64,000 nucleotides of DNA from a virus, in the IMG/VR virus record IMGVR_UViG_2974497520_000001, positions 68,091-132,090 of that record, one strand, 5' to 3'. The translations under genes and the position numbers were made by a program. The notes below the pieces were generated by a model, which worked only from the letters and a program-made list of their open reading frames with translations, had not been told where the DNA came from and did not search any database. Below are positions 1-7,597 of this stretch, in pieces; the first letter of the stretch is position 1, and each line of letters opens with the position of its first letter.

Positions 1-322
1 GCTCTTTAAGAATTGCTTCATACTTAGAAATAATTCCTTTGGCGATATTTTTTTCTTGAGCGGCTTTAGGGTCCGCTTTTGACGCAGGTGCTTTACCTGT
101 AGCTTTCTGGAACAATTCACCTGAGGCAGCTAGGCTTTTAAAAACTCGGCTAACAGTATTGGCATTAGTAAAACCTTCGGCTTTAAAATCTTTAATAAAA
201 CGGAAACGTTCTTCATCAGAGGCGTCTTTGTAAGAATATTTACCTGCTTGAATTGCTGCAATCGCAGCGGCTTTTACATCTGAACTAGATTGTTCAGTCA
301 AAAATTCATTGTAAGTTTTCAT
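1..322 (-). CDS. Partial (runs off window) probable virion internal protein with capsid-targeting N-terminus
   Basis: Hand-translated MKTYNEFLTEQSSSDVKAAAIAAIQAGKYSYKDASDEERF...; N-terminus matches the T4 capsid-targeting sequence MKTYQEFIAE; late promoter directly upstream. Confidence 0.75.
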   Translation of the reverse strand, partial: MKTYNEFLTEQSSSDVKAAAIAAIQAGKYSYKDASDEERFRFIKDFKAEGFTNANTVSRVFKSLAASGELFQKATGKAPASKADPKAAQEKNIAKGIISKYEAILKE

Positions 323-348
323 ATTATTTCCTAAGTTAGTTTACTACA

Positions 349-356
349 TATTTATA
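349..356 (-). promoter_or_regulatory. T4-type late promoter
   Basis: TATAAATA on minus strand, 26 nt upstream of the ATG at 322. Confidence 0.8.
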
Positions 357-357
357 C

Positions 358-385
358 AAAAAAAGCCCAACCTTTCGGAAGGGCC
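358..385 (-). terminator. Rho-independent terminator of the tRNA/stable RNA operon
   Basis: GGCCC-TTCCGAAAGGTT-GGGC followed by a T7 run on the minus strand. Confidence 0.8.
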
Positions 386-433
386 TTTAACCTAGGGTAA
401 CCTTGTCGGGGTTCCACCTGCTAGGCAAGTGTT

Positions 434-573
434 TGTACGAAACGCCGGGATTCGAACCCGGTTATTAAGTAGTTGACGCCACTCAATATTTTTAAAAGGC
501 CATATCTCGACCATATCCGAACGTTCCGTCAAAAACGCTACTCGGCTTACGGCAAAGATATTTCCTCGAATCG
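434..573 (-). ncRNA. rnaC: T4-type stable RNA species 1 (RNA C), tRNA-like 3' end
   Basis: About 140 nt with a T-arm CCGGG-TTCGAAT-CCCGG near the 3' end; resembles T4 species 1 RNA as recalled; position next to tRNA-Arg; ends approximate. Confidence 0.75.
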
Positions 574-579
574 ATAATT

Positions 580-700
580 CGGTGCGCCGTTTCTGCTGTG
601 ATGTAAGGGGACGTTAACAGATCGTAAAGATTTGTTAATGCCAGTCCTTACTCAGGGAACATCAGTCCGACGACTTACCGGTAGCGACCCGGTTTCTTGT
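580..700 (-). ncRNA. rnaD: T4-type stable RNA species 2 (RNA D)
   Basis: AGAAACCGGGTCGCTACCGGTAAGTCGTCGGACTGATG...CAGCAGAAACGGCGCACC resembles T4 species 2 RNA as recalled; synteny; ends approximate. Confidence 0.7.
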
Positions 701-767
701 TTGTTGCGCCGGTGAATGCTGGTAATCAGTCTTCATACGACGGCTTGACTATATAATAGTCTTCATT

Positions 768-842
768 TGGTATCCCGCCCTGGGATCGAACCAGGACCGC
801 AAACTTAGAAGGATCGTATGCTATCCATTACACCAGCGGGAC
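768..842 (-). tRNA. tRNA-Arg (UCU)
   Basis: GTCCCGCTGG...anticodon loop CTTCTAA...GGTTCGATCC...GGGATACCA; CCA encoded. Confidence 0.95.
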
Positions 843-847
843 GTAGT

Positions 848-924
848 TGGTGACCCAGACCAGATTTGAACTGGTAACCTTTCCCTTATGAGGGGACTGC
901 TGCTAACCATTGAGCTACAGGGCC
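848..924 (-). tRNA. tRNA with CAU anticodon, most likely Ile2 (lysidine type)
   Basis: GGCCCTGTAG...CTCATAA...TTCAAAT...GGGTCACCA; has C4-G69 and C5-G68 (TilS determinants); G1-C72 pair and CCC/GGG anticodon stem argue against initiator. Confidence 0.85.
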
Positions 925-929
925 TTAAA

Positions 930-1202
930 TCAAACTACAAATCCAGCAGGAGCATTATCATCTTTAGCCATGTGCTGAATTGTATGATAAGTCATTTCTT
1001 CAGGAGCAACCAGATAAGCCGCAGCGTTAACTAGTGGAATTATTTTTGGTTTGGCGAATGTGCTATCGGCAATTGCCATAAAGGGCTCGCCATCAGTCTC
1101 AACTTCGCCAAATTGACATTCATATGAAATAGAACAACGTTTGGTAGTTGTTGTCTTGGTTTCTGGGTCGTAAAAAGCTAATTTTAATACTAACATAAAC
1201 AC
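930..1202 (-). CDS. Hypothetical protein (90 aa) immediately upstream of the tRNAs
   Basis: ORF with GAGGTG Shine-Dalgarno, downstream of a middle promoter; no recognised family. Confidence 0.6.
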   Translation of the reverse strand: MFMLVLKLAFYDPETKTTTTKRCSISYECQFGEVETDGEPFMAIADSTFAKPKIIPLVNAAAYLVAPEEMTYHTIQHMAKDDNAPAGFVV

Positions 1203-1308
1203 CTCAAATAAAATTAAGTAAAGTAAGTTTGATTAATAGACCTTGTCTATTATGAAAGGTTCTTTGAGGGAAGAACCTTTGGTAATAGAGGGTATTAATG
1301 ATAGAGTA

Positions 1309-1335
1309 ATAATAACACATTACTCTTAAAGCATA
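1309..1335 (-). promoter_or_regulatory. MotA-dependent middle promoter of the tRNA operon
   Basis: TATGCTTTA box, 12-nt spacer, TATTAT -10. Confidence 0.75.
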
Positions 1336-1370
1336 TTACTATTTTTAGGAATAGTCTGGTCAAATTTGAT

Positions 1371-1661
1371 TCATTGTGGCCACATATTAATGTAATCAAG
1401 TTTAATAGAAGCAATCTTCAAAGGATTTTTAAAGATGTCGTATTCGACCAACCCGTTTTCAGTTGCGGTGTAGAAAGTAAAGTTAACAGAATTATAACGG
1501 CGACCATTAACTTTTAGTTTAACGTCGCTTGAACTACGACCAATATTAACCTGTTGGACATCAAGCACAGCACCTTTGCCAAAGTTGCGAATCAGTAGCT
1601 CTGCTGCAACCTGGTCTGAATTATAGCCATTCTCTGGATTAGTAACCTTAACGTATAGCAT
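1371..1661 (-). CDS. trna.2: T4 Trna.2-like conserved hypothetical protein
   Basis: VQQVNIGRSSS and NSVNFTFY motifs; synteny. Confidence 0.7.
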   Translation of the reverse strand: MLYVKVTNPENGYNSDQVAAELLIRNFGKGAVLDVQQVNIGRSSSDVKLKVNGRRYNSVNFTFYTATENGLVEYDIFKNPLKIASIKLDYINMWPQ

Positions 1662-2069
1662 TTAACCCTCGTCTACAATAGTATGGGTATTAGCATTAAC
1701 AATCTGCCACCAGTCACAGTCAAAACGATTAGAACCGTAACGAGGCTTTTTCTCATTTTCGTTAATAATATCACGTAGTTCGTCTTCAGAAAATGCTTTA
1801 GCGATTAAATCGGTATAGCCGCCACGTGGATAATAGTTATCACCTGCGAACAGAAGGAAATTTACTTTACCAGAAGGAACATATGCTTCCTTAGGATACT
1901 TGTTTCCTGCTTGGTCTACCACTTCAATATAACGGTAAGGAATATCGGTACTTTCAACCCATTGCCAAGCTGCAGCAGGGGATTCAAAAGCATCTACACC
2001 TAAACGGTTATCTTCATCTTTAGACGGATTATTTTCATAATCCGCATATACATAATATTCAATGTTCAT
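1662..2069 (-). CDS. trna.3: T4 Trna.3-like conserved hypothetical protein
   Basis: FLLFAGDNYYPRGGY...WWQIVNANTHTIVDEG; synteny. Confidence 0.75.
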   Translation of the reverse strand: MNIEYYVYADYENNPSKDEDNRLGVDAFESPAAAWQWVESTDIPYRYIEVVDQAGNKYPKEAYVPSGKVNFLLFAGDNYYPRGGYTDLIAKAFSEDELRDIINENEKKPRYGSNRFDCDWWQIVNANTHTIVDEG

Positions 2070-2254
2070 TATTCACCTTTAGAGATTTTATCCATAACGA
2101 AAGAAATTGAACCAATTAAGAATGCCACTACTAAAGAGATTATATTCTCGGAAGTTGAAAGCATATCGAGCATGAATCCTGCAAACATACTAAAGCCAAA
2201 AGCAGTAACAGCGGCCAGTGCAGTAACATTTCTAATTAATTCACAACGTTTCAT
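2069..2254 (-). CDS. trna.4: T4 Trna.4-like small membrane protein
   Basis: MKRCELIRNV...; two hydrophobic segments; GGAG Shine-Dalgarno supports the start at 2254. Confidence 0.8.
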   Translation of the reverse strand: MKRCELIRNVTALAAVTAFGFSMFAGFMLDMLSTSENIISLVVAFLIGSISFVMDKISKGE

Positions 2255-2290
2255 TTTATTCTCCAATCACTCATTTGTTTTGATAGGGCT

Positions 2291-2320
2291 ATAGTACCAT
2301 CACTAAAGCCCGTTGTAAAC
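2291..2320 (-). promoter_or_regulatory. T4-type early promoter with internal inverted repeat
   Basis: GTTTACA -35, 17-nt spacer, TACTAT -10; 8/9 inverted repeat at 2286-2294 and 2303-2311. Confidence 0.85.
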
Positions 2321-2322
2321 AA

Positions 2323-2595
2323 TTATTTTAAATAAATTGCATATTTTTTATAACCAGCCGTCTCGTGGCGCAGCCCTTTTTCATTAGCAAAACGTTCAAT
2401 ATTGTTAATTTGATTCTGGTCGAGTTCTGAAGTATCAAATACAAAAAAGTTTCGCTTATTGCCTAAAGTTACGTGATTAGTCAAATCGATGTTATAGAGA
2501 TGATTTATATTATCAATCATGGTCTTAACAGATTTGTTAATTTTTACTTCTTCATTAAGAATAGATTCAGCGATAAATTCTTGGTATGATTTCAT
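2323..2595 (-). CDS. Internal head protein (ip1 locus) with capsid-targeting sequence
   Basis: MKSYQEFIAE N-terminus; position between trna.4 and 57B. Confidence 0.8.
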   Translation of the reverse strand: MKSYQEFIAESILNEEVKINKSVKTMIDNINHLYNIDLTNHVTLGNKRNFFVFDTSELDQNQINNIERFANEKGLRHETAGYKKYAIYLK

Positions 2596-2596
2596 T

Positions 2597-2821
2597 TTAT
2601 TCAGCGCCAGCGGCTTTCAAAAGTTTTTTAAGATTGGCTATGCCGCCAGCAGAAAACGTGACCTTGCCACCTTTTTCATTGATAGAGCCAGTCAATTTAG
2701 CAAGCTTATCACTAGGGACTTTTTTAAAATCAGCCAGTGTGCCATCAAAGGTTTTTGTAACAATTGGCAGTTCATCTTCATGTCTTTTAGCTTCGGTGAT
2801 AAATTCTTGATAAGTTTTCAT
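2597..2821 (-). CDS. Second internal head protein (ip1 locus)
   Basis: MKTYQEFITE N-terminus; small and basic (74 aa). Confidence 0.8.
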   Translation of the reverse strand: MKTYQEFITEAKRHEDELPIVTKTFDGTLADFKKVPSDKLAKLTGSINEKGGKVTFSAGGIANLKKLLKAAGAE

Positions 2822-2858
2822 TTTGATTTCCGTTTGGTTAGTTTGTTTTGATAGGTCT

Positions 2859-2887
2859 ATAGTATCATGCCTATAGACCTTGTAAAC
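2859..2887 (-). promoter_or_regulatory. T4-type early promoter with perfect 10-bp inverted repeat
   Basis: GTTTACA...TACTAT; AGGTCTATAG (2853-2862) and CTATAGACCT (2871-2880). Confidence 0.85.
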
Positions 2888-2898
2888 AACTTTTTAAA

Positions 2899-3591
<693 letters not shown>

Positions 3592-3599
<8 letters not shown>

Positions 3600-4353
3600 T
3601 TTTATTTCCTAATAATTTATCAATAGTGGTGTATAGTTCAGAAAGAGTGCCGTTATTTTCAACAACAACGTCACCAGGTAAAATTGGTAGACCCGCTTCA
3701 GTGATGTGCGAGTCTTGTACTTGACCGGTTTCAGCGCGAACTACATGAATAATCGTAGCACCCATCGCTCTGAGCGAATCAATTTCGTGTGTTTGACGAA
3801 CATCAGGTACGACATAGTATTTCGCATCAGAGTATATTTTATCAAAATAGTCTAAAGCGAACAACTTAACCCAATACATCTTATCAAATTGGTTAACAAT
3901 AATATCAGTCCCAAGGGTCTGCATGAGACGACGTACTGACCAATTGTTATTTTTATTTATTACTTCAAACAGTTGGTCTTTTGTTTCTTCAGACAGATAC
4001 TGGACTGGGGTAAGACCATAATGATATGCGGTACGAACATCCATTCCTGGAATAGGAAGGATATTATTCAGTTTGACAATAGCATTTTCAAAGATATCAA
4101 TCACATCATATGGTTTTAAAGGAATGATTTCTTCACGGTCGTAACCGATACCTTCAAAACAGTTAAAATCTAGTTTAGGCATGTAACTACGGTCGAATAC
4201 AGGGTCATCAGAGATGTATTCATAGGCTTCAGCCAGATACTTTTTAATAGGACCTGCGAGCTGAAATTTTACCGAATCCATATTTTCGATTACATAGTTA
4301 GCAACGGTATCCTTACCGCTACGTTTGATTCCTACAATTGATATTAGTTTCAT
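3592..4353 (-). CDS. 1: gp1 deoxynucleoside monophosphate kinase
   Basis: P-loop GIKRSGKDT; RRLMQTLGTD; DVRQTHE. Confidence 0.95.
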
Positions 4354-4943
4354 TATTTTCTCATAGATGGATGCATAGACATACGAGCCACTCGTTGTTC
4401 GGCATACGAATCAATTTGTGGACGACCTGTAACTATTGTACCATCTATTTCTACAGCAAACGATTTGAAGTTGAATGTTGCTGTGGCGATAATCGCCGGG
4501 TCAGAATCCTCTTTATAAGAGTACTGGATTTCCGAGAGGTCGGATGGCCAACCATCGTAGTAATGAATGCTCATTACGATTTTCTGTTTGTTATTATCAA
4601 GGATGTGGAGGGTGATAGCTTCCGGTTGACCTTTAGGATGCCAGGCTTCTGAATCATGGGTTACATAGTTGTTTAATGACAACATCCACTTATAAACGTC
4701 AAGCCACGATTTCAATTCACGGTCCACAAGAAAGTTCACAATCAATGGGTCGAATTCTACAGTAGAACCTGGCAGCTTAGCACGATGTATGCCCTGGGTC
4801 GATCCTGGGACGTCTGAGACCGGAATATGGATACCCGGTAGTGTTACATCTTGTACGTTCAATTTGAATGCCTGTGTCATTCCTGCGTCACTAACCTCTA
4901 AGATAAAGTTAGTAGTGTTAGTTTGGTTAAATAAACCGTTCAT
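4353..4943 (-). CDS. 3: gp3 tail tube terminator
   Basis: NQTNTTNFILEV...LPGSTVEFDPL; synteny. Confidence 0.9.
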   Translation of the reverse strand: MNGLFNQTNTTNFILEVSDAGMTQAFKLNVQDVTLPGIHIPVSDVPGSTQGIHRAKLPGSTVEFDPLIVNFLVDRELKSWLDVYKWMLSLNNYVTHDSEAWHPKGQPEAITLHILDNNKQKIVMSIHYYDGWPSDLSEIQYSYKEDSDPAIIATATFNFKSFAVEIDGTIVTGRPQIDSYAEQRVARMSMHPSMRK

Positions 4944-4954
4944 AGGGTTCCTAT

Positions 4955-4982
4955 ATTGCTTAAGTCCCAGACAGTGTATAAT
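4955..4982 (+). promoter_or_regulatory. MotA-type middle promoter antisense to the HNH gene and gene 2
   Basis: ATTGCTTAA box, 13-nt spacer, TATAAT; opposite to the usual early/middle strand. Confidence 0.65.
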
Positions 4983-5025
4983 GGTCCTAGGTCTGTTCCA
5001 TTCAATAACTGGCTGGGATAATAGA

Positions 5026-5676
5026 TTATTTTATAAATTCACGTAGTCTTACTGGTGTCATAAAAGGCCATTTGGCTATAGTTGGTTTTATCCAGTATCT
5101 TTCGTGGCATGTAGCTTTAAATGCCCGAACCATATCCTTGGCCTCTTCTATAGTATCCACACCAAATTGTTCACAAGTTTCCTTTCTGGCTTTATCCCAT
5201 CTCCGTTTAGAAAGCTCCGCTTGGAGTTCTTTATTGGCAAAACGGCCATTATTCCTATCATGAGTGGTTCCTTTTGTAGGACTCCATCCTCGTCCCTTTA
5301 CAAATCCTTCAGGAATCGGTTCACCCGGAAACAGCTTAATACACTTCTTGCCATTATTATAATAAACCTTTCCTGTTTGGGTTGCTGTGATATTCTCAGA
5401 GTGCTTACGTTTAAGCCAGCCGTAAAGCTTATTAGAACGACGAGGGCCTTGAGTCATTGTCATAGCTGCAAAAGTTAGACCAGGATGTCCTGGATGCATT
5501 TTAACTAATAGTTGATGTGCTAAATAATGTTCTTCAGGAGTTAAATCAACTAAGTTTGTAGATTCATCACCTCCACCCATACATCTAGGTAAAATATGAT
5601 GAGATTCGGTATAACAGGATAGTGCTCGTCCTTGAGCACGTGTAATTAATGAAGAATATATTTTCTGGTAATTCAT
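5026..5676 (-). mobile_element. Free-standing MobE-like HNH homing endonuclease between genes 2 and 3
   Basis: MNYQKIY...ESHHILPRCMGGGDESTNLVDLTPEEHYLAH; start overlaps the gene 2 stop (TAATG). Confidence 0.85.
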
Positions 5677-6503
5677 TATGCCTTCTTCCAAACTTTCTGA
5701 GCTGAATAACGCTTACCTTTCGATACAAATTGCTGAAGTGGTAATCCTATTACATTAGCCCAATCAGATGGTTTTATCTCTACTAAAGGTCCCTTAATAT
5801 TTCCAGGGATATAAGCCTTAATCATCACGTCGGCGCCAGCGAATCCTTTTACCTTACTCCAATCGATTTTTAATTTAGTCGAGTTCGTAATGGTAGGCGT
5901 ACTCGCGTATTGCTTCAGCAATTCTTCCAGAAATTGCTGACGTGCTTTAGGTGGAATATAGTGTAAGTTCAGTCCGTACATTAAATTATGCTTACCTAAC
6001 CCAAGATAAATTATTAAAGGATATTTGTCCCAGTATGGTAGGGTATCCTTATGTTTGGCATCATAGATATAAGCATAAAGCTTACCAGGAGACGGTTTAG
6101 ATACCTGGTGTCCACGAATTCCTTTCTTTAATGTTTCTGTAAACCATTTAGCTGATTTATTGTTTACGGCAGCGCCTTCGTTAGCAATCTTATCGCGAAT
6201 ACTCTTTCTAAAACTATTCACCAAAATTAATTGACGTTCGGCTTTGGTTAATTTATTGCCAGGTTTCTTCTGAAGTTTTTCAACCTGTACAGCAGTTTTA
6301 ATTCGACTCGAGTATCGAGACATCGCAGATGTAAAGCTAGAATACTTGATGCCTTTATCTTCAGCGAATTTCTTAGCCGAAACACCTTTAGCCTTAGCGT
6401 TGGCATATTCAACGCCTAAAGTTATCCATTGTTGTTCTGAACGAGTAGGCTTGGAACCTTTTGTAGTTTCAGTAGCCTCGTTGATGTAAGAAAATATACT
6501 CAT
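5676..6503 (-). CDS. 2: gp2 DNA end protector
   Basis: [35 protein letters not shown]; synteny. Confidence 0.95.
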   Translation of the reverse strand: MSIFSYINEATETTKGSKPTRSEQQWITLGVEYANAKAKGVSAKKFAEDKGIKYSSFTSAMSRYSSRIKTAVQVEKLQKKPGNKLTKAERQLILVNSFRKSIRDKIANEGAAVNNKSAKWFTETLKKGIRGHQVSKPSPGKLYAYIYDAKHKDTLPYWDKYPLIIYLGLGKHNLMYGLNLHYIPPKARQQFLEELLKQYASTPTITNSTKLKIDWSKVKGFAGADVMIKAYIPGNIKGPLVEIKPSDWANVIGLPLQQFVSKGKRYSAQKVWKKA

Positions 6504-6949
6504 CCTTTCCATCCTAATTTTTTCAGTGAGTTTTCGGTAATCAATCTGAAATTAATTCCCATTTTATCTGCTGTAGCTTTAGCAGCTTTCCATTTATCTT
6601 TATTTACACTCCATGTATAATGTTCGTTGATATATCTCTTTTTAGCAGCTGTAGTCATTTTAGCAGGCGCCGCTGGAGGATGGGTCTCTTTAAAAGGTTT
6701 GACTTCGAAAAAGAATTGTTGACCATTGTCGAACTTCACCCAGAAGTCCATAAAATACCGACGTTTCTTTCCATCAGCGTTACTAAAATATGGAATCACA
6801 ACCTCTTCCGAGTTCCACTGGACGACATTAGGATGGTTGTCAAGCCAACGCATAAGCCATGCTTCCCAAGAGGAACGATATTGGATTTTCTTCCAATCAC
6901 CTTTATATTTTTGTAAGTTTGTAGGTTTAAATTTCCCTGAGTAGGCCAT
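6500..6949 (-). CDS. 4: gp4 head completion nuclease
   Basis: MAYSGKFKP...YRSSWE...RRYFMDFW...EVKP (PD-(D/E)xK type). Confidence 0.95.
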   Translation of the reverse strand: MAYSGKFKPTNLQKYKGDWKKIQYRSSWEAWLMRWLDNHPNVVQWNSEEVVIPYFSNADGKKRRYFMDFWVKFDNGQQFFFEVKPFKETHPPAAPAKMTTAAKKRYINEHYTWSVNKDKWKAAKATADKMGINFRLITENSLKKLGWKG

Positions 6950-6959
6950 AGTGCCTCCT

Positions 6960-6982
6960 TATAAATATTAATATTATTTATA
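6960..6982. promoter_or_regulatory. Divergent pair of late promoters (genes 53 and 4)
   Basis: TATAAATA at 6960-6967 (+) and 6975-6982 (-). Confidence 0.85.
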
Positions 6983-6994
6983 CTCGGAGGCACT

Positions 6995-7597
6995 ATGCTC
7001 TTCTCATTTTTCGATCCTATAAATTACGAATCAAAAACAGTCAAGCCAGATTCCGGCTCATTAACTGATGCCGATGTACTGAGCGTACCGATGACTGATA
7101 TATTTAGAAACTATAAAGAATATTTTGATAAAGTGGCTAAAAATTATACACTTAAAACATATTATATCAGTGGGGCCCCTCGTCCAGAAGAATTAGCCCA
7201 TCAACTTTATGGTAACGTGCAATTATATTGGGTTTTATTGATGTGTAATAACGTATATGACCCTTATTACGGCTGGATTACAGGCCAAGAATCTGCGTAT
7301 CAAGCAGCTATTCAACGTTATGCTACTGCAGGCGGAAACCAAGTCCTTTATCATGTCAATGAAAAGGGTGAGAAATTCTGGAATCTAGTAAATACTCCGG
7401 AAAATCCTTATACTTGGTACGATAAAGGTGATACAGAAAAACGTTATCCTCAATATGAAGGTCCTTTGGCTGCAGTAGATATTTACGAGGACGCCATTCG
7501 TAAAAATGAATATAAGCGCGAAATAAAGATTATAGACCCTAATGACATCGAGTCCTTTGTTTCCGCTTTAATTAGAGAAATGGAGAAAGCCCTCTAA
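6995..7597 (+). CDS. 53: gp53 baseplate wedge subunit
   Basis: MLFSFFDPINY...RPEELAHQLYGN LysM-like segment. Confidence 0.95.
   Translation: MLFSFFDPINYESKTVKPDSGSLTDADVLSVPMTDIFRNYKEYFDKVAKNYTLKTYYISGAPRPEELAHQLYGNVQLYWVLLMCNNVYDPYYGWITGQESAYQAAIQRYATAGGNQVLYHVNEKGEKFWNLVNTPENPYTWYDKGDTEKRYPQYEGPLAAVDIYEDAIRKNEYKREIKIIDPNDIESFVSALIREMEKAL

Noticed and set aside
628-767. Twice-repeated ATGAAGACT giving mini-ORFs (MKTII, MKTDYQH...) between tRNA-Arg and RNA D
   Set aside because: No Shine-Dalgarno, overlaps the RNA D gene, and a 9-nt repeat is too short to support.
848-924. tRNA-CAU as initiator or elongator Met
   Set aside because: G1-C72 pair and no GGG/CCC anticodon stem exclude initiator; TilS determinants favour Ile2, though elongator Met is not strictly excluded.
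2519-2851. Plus-strand ORFs over the ip locus, and other short ORFs opposite core genes in the supplied track
   Set aside because: They overlap better-supported genes on the other strand and lack RBS/promoter support.
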